Below are positions 1-10,201 of a stretch of 20,000 nucleotides of DNA, in pieces. The DNA comes from Welwitschia mirabilis. Its lineage: Eukaryota. The notes below the pieces were generated by a model, which did not search any database, had not been told where the DNA came from, and was given only the letters and a program-made list of their open reading frames with translations. The stretch spans positions 29,068,282 to 29,088,281 of the forward strand of contig JBOZIK010000001.1 in assembly GCA_051453625.1 (NCBI GenBank), in the 5' to 3' direction. The position numbers and the translations under genes were made by a program. How positions within the stretch are numbered: position 1 is the first letter of the stretch; the number at the start of each line of letters is the position of its first letter.

Positions 1-1
1 A

Positions 2-420
2 AATGGTTGCATGAAAATTTATATTGGTAATTTAATAATGTATCTGAATGTTTTTAACATTGTAGAATTTCTAAAGAATAATAATAATGCTAATTTTATA
101 TATGAAATTCATGATCTTGATCCCTCTCTTATTGAATTAGACATCCATTCTTCTCATACTTATTTTAATGCTTTAAAATCATCCTTTAAAGGTTTATTAG
201 AAAGGAATAAAAGTGTAATATAATTATATCTAAATGTGAATATTTATACTTTTCTAGATGCATCCCTATTATTCTTTTAAAGTTCTTACATGTATGTGAG
301 TAGTTAATTAATTGAAATAATATCCATATACTCCCTTTTTAAATAACCAATATTTTGAGCCTCATAATTACAATGTTTTTAAATCTTTTACTTTCCATCC
401 CTTTGAAAAATCCCCTTGAG
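2..420 (+). pseudogene. Remnant of Athila-like gag-pol: aspartic protease C-terminus and linker (includes ORF 11..223)
   Basis: Frame 2 reads NGCMKIYIGNLIMYLNVFNI, resembling the Athila-lineage motif NGxMKLSFGNMTxELNVFN that follows the protease core. PFEKSP at ~400-417 weakly resembles the PSxExPP linker. Stops occur downstream. Confidence 0.6.
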
Positions 421-2337
421 ATAATACTTCTTAGAGCATAATGAATTATTTAAATGCCAAGGACATTTTTCTTACTAATAACCATAGCCACCACTATCCA
501 TTCAAATGATTTCACACATCTACTTCATTTTCTAATCCCCAAATCAAGTATACAAATCATCCACCATTATCAGATCCATGAGTTCCTAAGATATATTAAT
601 CTTAATTAATGGTTCCTAATAAATAAATTATTAATATGCGATTATTTTTTCATTATAAGTTAGGTAGAATTTAAGTTTATTTATATTTTTTAAGAAATGA
701 TTTTTCTCATTTTTGAGTTATCTTTTAAGACTAGTTTCAGTTAAGGCCTTTATTTGAAAAATTTGGTTTTAAAAGGTGGAATTTACTTTTATATTCTATT
801 TCATGTCTTAAAGAATTTTTATGAGGATAAATTTTTTCTTGATTAGGCTAAAAATTCAATAACCCCTTTTATGTGCATTTAAAAAAAGAAAATAAATTAT
901 CTTTTCTAACTCCTTTTACATGCATTTAAGCAAAAAAAAGAGAATGAGAAGTAGAGAATAAAATAAAATAAACTGTCTCTTCTCTAAAAGCATATTATAT
1001 TTTGATTAATTAAATTAGGTTTAGTTAATTATTTAAGGCTATAGACACTTACTGATAATGTAGCTATAGTTATCTATTTATAACATGTTAAACTACATTG
1101 GGGCTATAAACACCCATTGGCAATATAGTACTTACTTTTTCACGAAACAACATGCTTAGTTCTATTAGAACAATATGTCATAATAATGGATGCTTAATTT
1201 GATATAAATACTTAAAATGAAAGTAAATGTGATTGTGGAAAAGGTAAAAATTAGAAAGAAAAGCTAGGATTTAGAGATACTTATATGACTACTTTCTTTA
1301 TCCTATGTAAATAATTTTCTTTCTAATTTTTGGATTTTTATAGCTTTACTTAAAGGATGTCTTGTTTTTTTTTGAAATGTAATCCATTTAAATTGAAATA
1401 AAATTCATAAAATTTTCAATAAAAATGGCCATTAATTTAGGTATTCTATCTTCTAGAATTATAATGAATGTGTTTCCTCATTGGATTTCATGTTTGAATT
1501 TCCATAAATTGCAATTTTAGTTATGATATTCTATGAAAGAAAAAATATCCATAGATACAACTTTGTTTCTAATGAAAAGAACTATCTGTCCATGTCTTAA
1601 TTCTTATTTCAACTCATGCCTAAATGATTAATTTCATTCTTGCACCTATAAAAATCATTATTTTATTATACTCTTCATCGATCTTTTAAATCTATTGTGT
1701 TATTCATGTTATCATCCATTTTTCAAATCTCAGTTTTAAACTCTTCTACAATATCACTCATTTCATTTACAATATCTTTAATTTTATGTGTTCTTACTAA
1801 AATTTTCTAGAAATTAATTATGATCAATTTCCTACCATCTTATTTTACCTTATTATTTTCATCTTAGTCCATTATCCTTACCTTTGCATTAATTCTAATT
1901 TGTAAAATAGTGATTAATGATTACTTCTAGGAGATTCTCTCTTTCTGCATTTTATTGTATGCTTTATAATGTATTGCATTAAAGTGTTTTTGCATGCTAG
2001 TATTATGTCTTCTAAAATGTTTTGATCAAAGTAAATTCCTAGATTGTTGTTTGAAAATCCATGTAATTATTTGAAACCCTTTTATTCCTCCTCAAAATAG
2101 TTGTATTAAAATTTTATATCTTTTTAACTTTAAGGACAAGGTTCAATTTTAATTAGGGATATGACATCCATTTTTCATACAATTTTTTTGAAATTAATGC
2201 CTTACTTATTAATAATTAATAAATATTTTTTTGAAAAGTTATATTATTTGAACATTTGCCTTATAGGATTTTTCCATGTTTACCATTTCTTTATTAACTT
2301 TTTGTTTAGAATCTAGTAAACATCTAGTTAGTGGACA

Positions 2338-3022
2338 TATTTACATTCTAAACATTAATAGTACAACCAAGTATATTTGATTAATTTAGGCTAATAGAAA
2401 ATATTAAAACAGTAATTTTATCATGAAGTTATATCTATGACTACTGTATACATGATTTATGAAATTATGAACTTTATCATAACATTTTTAGGTTAATTTT
2501 TACCTTCTAGAAACTTACTACAAAATGAAAAAATTCCATTAGAAAATGCTAGTGCCACTGTGTAATGCATTAGCACCACTAGGTTTTAGGACATAATGAG
2601 TCCAAAACTACATCCTTACATGTTTATTGAAATTGCATCATATTTCACTTACAAGCTAAGTTAGAAATTAAATCAAAAGTAATCGACAACTTTGAAGATC
2701 CATGGTAGAGGCACAGAATGACATGTCATAGTAACATGTCATATACAGATGTGTGATGGCATAGAAGACACATGGCAATAGCATTTGGTGGTAATAGAAT
2801 CATCACCAAATACCATGTCATTACCACTTTTCATAAGGAAATAAAAAAGTCCTACTTAAAAGCTATATGAGAAAATTTATAACCTCCTCCTACTATAACC
2901 ATGCAAAAGTGTAATTCCCTTATGTAACCACCACCAACTACTACATACCAAAGATGCCTAATCCTTTTTTCATCTATAAAATAACCTTAAGACCTCATTG
3001 TAAAGGCTCTTTGATTGATAGA
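2338..3022 (+). repeat. 3' LTR of element A, left half (U3 with TATA box)
   Basis: Starts tatttaca (decayed TGTTAACA) directly after the PPT, in register with element B. gatggcatagaagacacatgg and ctataaaataaccttaa (2974) are homologous to the reverse complement of LTR B (ctataaaagaaccttaa). Confidence 0.7.
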
Positions 3023-4306
3023 TTATTAACTTATAGTATAATATCTAAATTCAAAATTAATCTAGAAACTTATTTATCATTCTTCCTTAGGGATACCATT
3101 AGGTATTGGCTAGAATTACACTAACTTTAATCTTAATACAAGATACAAAAATAAATGAAAATAGAAGAAGAGATAAAATGATTTTTAGAGTTTAAACTTT
3201 GTCTTGGAGAAAAGGGAAGAAAAATTACCTTAAGGTATTATCAATCTGTTCTATGTAATTATTCACTCTAAAATTGTTCAATTGCCTTTTTGCAAAAAAA
3301 GAAAAAAAGAAATAATTATATGCATTTGGCCCCATCCTTAGGGCATAATATCTTCCACTATATGATAAATGATGAATCCAACTAATACTTAAGTCTTAAA
3401 TAACAATAGAAAGTAAGGACTCCTAAAGCACCCAAGATCTATAAAATTAAAAGGTTAACTAATAAAGAGGAATTTATACAACTAAATTAACCTTAATAAT
3501 TAAATAAGTTAACTAAGCATCCTTATTATGATATTACTCATAAATTAAGATTAAAGAAAAATAATGTTTCCATTACAAAAATAACAACTTTATAGGAATT
3601 AAAGAAGAAAGTAAGAAGAACTCCTTAGTAATCCTCAAATACTAGATCACTTCCCTAAAGAGTCTCTTAGAAATCCATCACAAGTTAATGCTTCAAAGTC
3701 TTTAAAAAGATGAATAGAATTAAGGGTTTAAGGTTCTTTTATAGGAAGAGATGAAGATGAGGGATGGTTACAAGCTCTTGGTACATAATATTCATCATTT
3801 AGCATTTGGTACATAATATTCTTTTTTGTAGCATTAGATAGAAGTTTAATTATAATGTTAAGTAGATAAGATTCTATCCTTTATCATTAGGTAGAATATT
3901 CATCATTTAGCATATAGAAGAAGTTGTTTTGTAGCATTTGATAAAGATCTTCATGTCATTTAATAGAATCTTCATCATGACTCATCTAACATGTGGTGTT
4001 TAGAGCTAGATTCCTCTACTAATAGGTGTTCATTCCATATTTCTTTAATGCCACATCCACATGCATTTAACACATGTATTCTAATGCAATAATTATGTGT
4101 TAGCACATCATGCCTCCATTTCCACCATTATTTTTGTGTAAAATTGTGTTTTAAAACGTAGCTAAACCTCTATAATTAATATAAAGAAAAACATAATATT
4201 TTTAATTAGAAGACATATTTTATGATTAGAAAAATTAAATTAATGTTTTTTAATAATAAATTAGCCTAAAAACCTTGATATAAATGTCAATTTTCACATG
4301 TTAACA
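3023..4306 (-). repeat. 3' LTR of element B
   Basis: Collinear with 7951-9267 throughout (e.g. tatgataaatgatgaatc..actaatac.taagtcttaaataacaata.aaagtaaggactcctaa at 3361 and 8282). On - it begins TGTTAACA and ends GTTAATAA (decayed ...AATCA). Confidence 0.9.
3778..3985. repeat. Degenerate ~25-30 bp tandem subrepeats in the U3 of LTR B (also at ~8720-8925)
   Basis: Recurrent unit similar to ggtagaatcttcatcatttagcatt; exact repeat ttggtacataatattc at 3778 and 3806. Confidence 0.7.
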
Positions 4307-4345
4307 CACTCCCTAACTAGTCTTTTGCTAGTGCCTTAGTAAAAG
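4307..4345 (-). other. Polypurine tract / Athila-type 3' terminal motif of element B
   Basis: The - strand reads ttttactaaggcactagcaaaagactagttagggagtg|TGTTAACA, matching the Athila-type GGACTAGCAAAA..CTAGTTGGGGG motif abutting the LTR. Confidence 0.75.
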
Positions 4346-4488
4346 ATCAATAACAAAATGGTTAATCATAGAAAAAATGTTTTTATTTAAAAAGTTCATT
4401 AAGTATGCAAATGATATAACTTAAAAATCTTGTAAGTAATTGCATGTAATTAAGAAATTGAAGAAAAAAATTTTATTAAAAATTTAGA

Positions 4489-4530
4489 TGTCATACACTC
4501 TAACCAAAACTTTACTTTGTCCTCAAAGTT
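4489..4530 (-). other. Internal second PPT-like motif of element B (homologue in element A at 2126-2166 on +)
   Basis: aactttgaggacaaagtaaagttttggttagagtgtatgaca (B, - strand) vs aactttaaggacaaggttcaattttaattagggatatgaca (A). Resembles the TTGAGGACAA...GGGG motif typical of Athila 3' regions. Confidence 0.6.
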
Positions 4531-5000
4531 TATGATAAAAATGTAAGTTATTTGACAACATAGGTATAGACAGATCGTAAAGAGTTCTTTTATTAAAACT
4601 AATGTAATTTAATGATGTGTTTAAGTTATGAAAAGAGAAAATCTAAATAATATAAGGCTTACACTAAAATTAAATTTTTAGGGAATACAAAACATGCAAT
4701 CTAATAAAAATCCTATCTAAAAATTCAAAAGATAGGTTACCTTGATTAATAGTCATATTTATTGAAAGTTCATAAATTTTATTCTACATTTAAACATGTC
4801 ACATTATTAAACAAATAAGATATCATCTAAGTAATTATGCAAGTAATGAAAAATTAGTTAAGCAAAATCTGCAACTATGCAAGATAAAGAAAAGTAAACA
4901 CAAAAAGCATATCCCAATTTCTAGCTTTTTCATTCCAATTTACCTTTCTTACAACCATGCCTTATTCCTTGTTTTAAGAATTTTGATCTAATTAGGCATT

Positions 5001-5190
5001 CAGTGTTTATAGCCCTAATTCAATTGAACATGTCATAAGTTGAATAATGATATTAATACATTAGTGCTATATTATCAACGAGTTAGTGCTATATTGTCAA
5101 TAATTGTTTATAGCCTTGATGCAGTTGAACATATCATAAGCCAAATAATTAGAGTTGCATTACTCATGAGCATTTATATCTCTGATGTAG
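5001..5190. repeat. Degenerate tandem repeats in the 3' non-coding region of element B (inverted homologue at ~1035-1135 in A)
   Basis: tgtttatagcc....at.ca.ttgaacat.tcataag occurs at ~5004 and ~5105, with a weaker third copy at ~5171. Local duplication ttagtgctatatt(a/g)tcaa at 5061 and 5083. Confidence 0.7.
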
Positions 5191-6049
5191 TTAACTAAAT
5201 CCAATTTAATTATCAATAAATAATTTGCTTTTAGAGAGGATATATATATTTTTATTTTCTTTTAAATCATCCTTCTCATATTTAATAATTTTAAAGCACA
5301 TAATGGTGTCATTGGGTTATTAGCCTAATCAAAATAAATCTTACCATTATAAAAATGCTTGAAAAGCATTCACTTAATATAAAAATAGATTCCACCTTAA
5401 TTTAACCATATGTTCACATTGAAAGACCTTTAATAAAACTATAGCTTCACAAGTTAACTTGAAAGTAAGAAAAACATCTTCTTAAAAATTATAGGTAAGT
5501 GTAAATTCTACCTAGTTTAAAATAATAGCATGATCACTTATTAATGGTTTATTCACTTATGGCCATCAACCAAGATCATCTAATCTTAATAACTCATGAA
5601 TAGATGGAAGGGGAGGATGGGTGATGAACTTTATTTGCTAGAACAATAAAGATGAAAGAGATGAAAAATAGGGTTTGAGGCAGTAATGATTTATTCTATG
5701 TGTTGAATGGTATTTAGGATGTCTTAACTAAAAATATTGAAGTCTATGATCATACAGGTGAAAGATATTAGGAGGTTTAAGAAGTGAAAGGGCATCAAGA
5801 ATAAAAGTTTTAAGAATTTTTAATTTTTTTCAAACCAAAATTTATTCTAAAAGGAAAATTCTACTCTAAAAGAAAATCCTAACTTAAAATCATACAAAGA
5901 AGCTAAAAATTTTTTGAGACATTTTCCAATTTATTACACATTTAAAGGCTTAAATAATGAATGCAATGTCTAAATGATGTATCAAAATTATGCAATGCAT
6001 TTAAAGATGAGATTGAATCCCTATAAACATCTATGCATGAATCTACAAA

Positions 6050-7250
6050 AATGGAAAGAACATTAATGCTCATAGTAAAATTAATGAATTCAAAATCAGC
6101 AATTTTTCAATCCTTGTCCTATTCATGTTTACTCCACAACTCATGCAAGATGTCATTTTGGAATGTAGACAAAGATGAACTAGAAATCATTGAAACCTAA
6201 TAATCATTAAGAAAGGTATTACAAGATGGTTTCAAAAGTGTGAGTTTTGTCTTCATCATTAAGTCTTGCTTAGGAGATATAAATGAGAATGGCATTATTA
6301 ATTGAAGGGATTATTAAAAACAATTTTTTAAAAGGTATATCTTGAAATGCCACTTTGTTAATGTTTGCTTTCTTTTAATAGTTAATAAAGGATTCTTCCT
6401 TATAATGTTGTGTAGGTGACATTAGTTAAAGTTCAAACCTAGTTTAATTCCACTATTTTCCATGTTTTTCATCAATTATCCTATGATGTATAGCATTTAA
6501 ATTTTTCTTTTCCTTAATATGTTTGCTTACTAGCTATGGATTGATCATCATTATTTAAACTTTCTAATCCTACTTAAAGTTATAGTCTATGTTCATGCAA
6601 TTGTTCATTCTCTAAGTAATGTATAAACTCAAGGTTTGCTTGGATGTCTTCCTTGGTTTCTTTATAGTTTTATTCTTCATTCCTAAGGGCTAAGGTTTGG
6701 ATATTGTTAATTTTAGTTTCACTAATTCTTTTAAAGTTTTCTAAGATTATATGTTTATGAAATGTATAAAAGTCTTTCATTTATTCACATTTGTCTTTGG
6801 TTTGTTTGGTTAAATCCTTGATTTTTTTGTTCAAGTATTTCATTCATTTGCACTTGGAATTCCTTAAATCTTATAAGGATGTCTTCCAAGAAATTTAAAG
6901 AGGATTTTTAATCTTTAGAAGATGACAGAAATGAATATGAAGAGTAAGGATTAAAATATGATAATTATGAGTATGATGATAAAATATTAGAATCATGAGG
7001 GGTAAAAGAAGGAATGGGCTTAAACTCCTATGAGTTGGTATAAGGATCTTCATATTCAGGATAAGGAGTTAAAGTAGAATTTGTAGCATTTTGGTTAAAT
7101 GAATATGGAGAGGAGGGTAAAGAATAATGGTTGTGATAGTTGGGTTGGATGAAGTCCCTTAAGGTTTTCTTAGGCCTAATGTCATGACCTAGAATCTTGT
7201 GTTGAATATAATATGGAGTGTCATAGAATTATAAGTATTTCCATAAGTTA
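6050..7250 (-). pseudogene. Degenerate Athila-like gag C-terminus and protease-flanking region of element B
   Basis: In the expected order on -: YGNTYNS (7245-7225; cf. PYxNTYNxxWRNHPN), RNQGRHPSKP (~6661-6632; cf. GKxPSQP), TITLS (~6587-6573; cf. AITLRSG), KKIVFNNPF (~6330; cf. KQVKINIPL) and FINFTMSINVLSI (6088-6050; homologous to IGNLIMYLNVFNI of element A). Many stops and frameshifts. Confidence 0.7.
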
Positions 7251-7926
7251 ATTAGGGTTTATAAGATGTGTTAAACAGATTATTCACCAAACTTATGAAT
7301 AGTTTTTAATAAAAATGAGTTTTAATTTTAAGGTTTATCTTCTTAATTAATTAAATTTGTAGAGGGACTTATTACCTAAAACATTTTATAAACACGTTCT
7401 TGATTGCATACATAATGTTTATAGTGTTGAGGTCATAACAAAATAAAATATAGATGAAAAATATGAATAAAATCAAGCCTAAAATAATGAAATCATAAGA
7501 AAATTTTAAAGATCTTAATCATTTTACAAATACATCGAAACCACAAAAACAAAAATAGAAAAACATAGAAAACACATAATAGAAAAAAAAGTACATAATG
7601 CAATCATAAAGTTTTATCAAAAGGTTTTTAAGTTTTTAAAGTTTTATTAACTCTAAAGTAATATGAAACAAATGTTAAACCTATAAAAAACAAGTTAAGA
7701 AATTAAAACAAACTTTAAAAACTAGACTAGTTCAGGATAACACTAGAAATGACTAGTACCAATCATTGGAAATAAAAAGAAAAGAAATACAAAATAAAAG
7801 TTAAAAAGGACCAGTTTGGGTATCACTAGAAGAAGGACTAGTAACCACCACTAGAGAAAAAAAAGTTATGTATAAAACTTGCAAAAAGAAAAACTACTAC
7901 TCTGGTAACTTGCTACCCTATCATAA

Positions 7927-7947
7927 TCCTTGATAATATAAACAAAA
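7927..7947 (-). other. Decayed primer-binding site (tRNA-Asp type) of element B
   Basis: 3 nt inside the 5' LTR the - strand reads ttttgtttatattatcaagga vs the Athila-type ttttggcgccgttgccgggga: 11/21 identical, and 7 of the 10 differences are C>T or G>A. Confidence 0.5.
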
Positions 7948-7950
7948 TAC

Positions 7951-9267
7951 TGATTAACATATAGTATAACATCTAATTTAAAACTAAGTTAAAAACTTAG
8001 TTATTATTATTCTTAGGGATAACATTGGATATTATCTAGAATTTCACTAACTTAAATCTTCATGGAAGGTATAAAAAATAATAGAAGAGGTAAGAAGAGA
8101 TGAAATGATTTTTAGTGTTAGAACTTTGTCTTAGAAAGAAGGGAAGCAAACTAGGTCCAAGATATCATAAATTCATCCTATGCAATATTTTACTTCAAAG
8201 TTGTCTAATTTCCTTTCTACAAAATAATAATAATTATCAGGTGCTTTTGATCTAATTCATGAGGCATAATCTCATCCATCATATGATAAATGATGAATCA
8301 AACTAATACATAAGTCTTAAATAACAATATAAAGTAAGGACTCCTAATGCATTCAAGATTCATGAAATTAAAAGACTAAGTGATAAAGAAGAATTCAAAC
8401 AACTAAATTAAACTTAATAGTTAAAGAAGTTAGTTAAGCATTCAAATTATGATATTACTCAAGAATCAAGATTAAAGAAAAACAACTTTTGAATTATAAA
8501 AAAATAACTTTATGGTAAAGGAAGAAGGAAGCAGGAAGAAATCCTCAGTAAGCCTTAAATACTAGCTCACTCCTCTAAATAGTATACTAGAAAATCATAC
8601 AAGCTAACGCTTCAAAGTCTCTTATTTTTACAAGGAAAATATGAATATAATGAAGGGTTTAAGGCCCTTTTATAAGGAAATAGTGGAGTAAAGGATTATT
8701 ATAAGCTCTTGGGTTGTAGTGTTTAGTAGAATCTTCATCATTTAGCATTAGGTAAATAAGCTTTTATCTTGTAGTATTAGGTATAATTTTCCTTATAGCA
8801 TTAGGTAGATAATATTCTATCCTTTATAACTAGGTAAAATCTTTATCATTTATCATTTGGTGAAGGTTGTCTTATAGAATTTAATGGAAATATTCATGTA
8901 GTATTTGGTATAATCTTCATCATGATGAGTTTAACATGTGGCCTTTGAAGATAGATTCCTCTTCCAACTAGTGTTATTACCACATGTATCTAATGCCATA
9001 TCCATGTGCCTCTATCACATGCCTTCTAAGCTACTACTATGTCTCACCAACTCATGTCTTCATTGCCATCATTAGTTTTATGAAACATTGTATTTCAGAA
9101 TGTGGCTAAAACTTTATAATTAATATTGAGAAAAACATGATATTAAATTTTATTTTTAAAAATAATAGAAGACATATTTTATGATTAAAATAATTAAATT
9201 AGTATTTTTATTTATAATAAAATGGCCTAAAACACTTTATATAAATGTAAATTTTAACATGTTAATA
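7951..9267 (-). repeat. 5' LTR of element B
   Basis: Direct repeat of 3023-4306. On - it begins TATTAACA and ends TGTTAATCA, followed by a PBS-like sequence. Confidence 0.9.
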
Positions 9268-9272
9268 GTAAA

Positions 9273-9785
9273 ACATAGTGAAAATATTTATAGTGTCAAG
9301 ACATCATGGCTTTTTAAGAACCTTTCTTGGAAGTGAACTTTTTCTAAGGCTAGTTTGAGTACTCCATTTTAAATTCATCTTCCTCTTTTGATGTAATGTA
9401 TTTTTTGATTTTCTACAAGAATATTTTTTTCATTATTTAATTTTTATTACATGCTTACATGGTACATCTAGTTATGAGGTGAGATTATTCCTTATGTTAG
9501 TATAAAACTAGTTGTAATTCTTTGGTTTTAAGTGCATACTAATATAGTACTTTTAATTCTTATATAATACTATATTATCAAGTTATATTATTACTAAATG
9601 GGTTCTTTAAAGTTAACTACTAGTTATAGCCATTGCATGTTATAGATGCTAAATTCAATTATCCTTAATTTCTATATGTAATAAGTGCTATGAATGATAA
9701 AGTAACTATTGAATTCATTAATACTTCTCTTATGAATGATATTATATCACTATACCCAAGACATCATGACTTGATAACTTGATCA
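9273..9785 (+). repeat. 3' LTR of element A, right half (R/U5)
   Basis: atggctttttaagaacctttcttggaagtgaact (9306) aligns with atggatttctaagagactctttagggaagtgatct, which lies just after the TATA box in the reverse complement of LTR B. The probable end is gatca at 9785; this boundary is less certain. Confidence 0.6.
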
Positions 9786-10019
9786 TATGTTTTAAGAATT
9801 ATGGCAAATTATTGAAGCAAAGATGGATTGTTAGACAAGTTAATCTAAACCTTTAGAGCATGTTCATTTATCTAAATAACCAATCAAAGTTTACCAAAAT
9901 TTCTTAAAATTTTTATTTCATATTTGTTTGATTTTCATTAGAATTAAAAATATTGTATTACTTTTGACAAGATTATTAGAAATATTCCTATGAAAGAATG
10001 ATACTACATCCTTATCTAG

Positions 10020-10187
10020 TATTAAGGCTAGCACACACTATGGTCCTATACCTAGGAAAATGTAAAAACCCTAATGGTGTGCTTGTCTATTTGAGTAAGC
10101 TCTTTATTAAATAAATCAAGAAGAAAAATAAAATTTTGATTTGGAAAACTTATGCTCCTAATTTTTTAGCAGTCTTCTTTGCTAATA
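10020..10187 (+). repeat. 5' LTR of element C
   Basis: Aligns without gaps to 15073-15240, 123/168 identical by hand count. Termini tattaa...ctaata (decayed TG...CA). Confidence 0.9.
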
Positions 10188-10189
10188 AA

Positions 10190-10201
10190 TGCTATTAGAG
10201 C
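10190..10201 (+). other. Primer-binding site (tRNA-iMet) of element C, decayed
   Basis: tgctattagagc vs canonical TGGTATCAGAGC (10/12), 2 nt after the LTR. Confidence 0.85.

Larger units (their letters stand above)
3023..9267 (-). mobile_element. Element B: ancient non-autonomous Athila-like Ty3/gypsy element (LTR-PBS-gag/protease remnants-3'UTR-PPT-LTR; no RT, RNase H or integrase visible)
   Basis: Two collinear ~1.3 kb direct repeats, a PPT next to one and a decayed PBS next to the other, gag motifs on the - strand, and decayed TSD ataga (3018-3022) / gtaaa (9268-9272). The host LTR resumes after 9272. Confidence 0.85.
1..9785 (+). mobile_element. Element A: decayed Athila-like Ty3/gypsy LTR retrotransposon (5' part lies outside the window; 3' LTR interrupted by element B)
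   Basis: Protease C-terminal remnant at 2-61. The 3' non-coding region ~540-2337 is collinear with the reverse complement of ~4307-5640 (e.g. 981 tctctaaaagcatattatattttgattaattaaattaggtttagttaa vs revcomp of ~5191-5238). PPT-like ctagttagtggaca ends at 2337. LTR halves at 2338-3022 and 9273-9785. Confidence 0.75.

Noticed and set aside
3778..3985. CRISPR-like appearance of the ~27-bp repeats (also at 8720-8925)
   Set aside because: Units are degenerate and abutting, have no unique spacers or cas genes, and sit inside LTRs in a eukaryotic context.
7951..9267. Independent solo LTR
   Set aside because: Its own flanks (aatac/gtaaa) do not form a TSD, whereas a PBS-like sequence adjoins it and the host LTR is continuous across 3022/9273.
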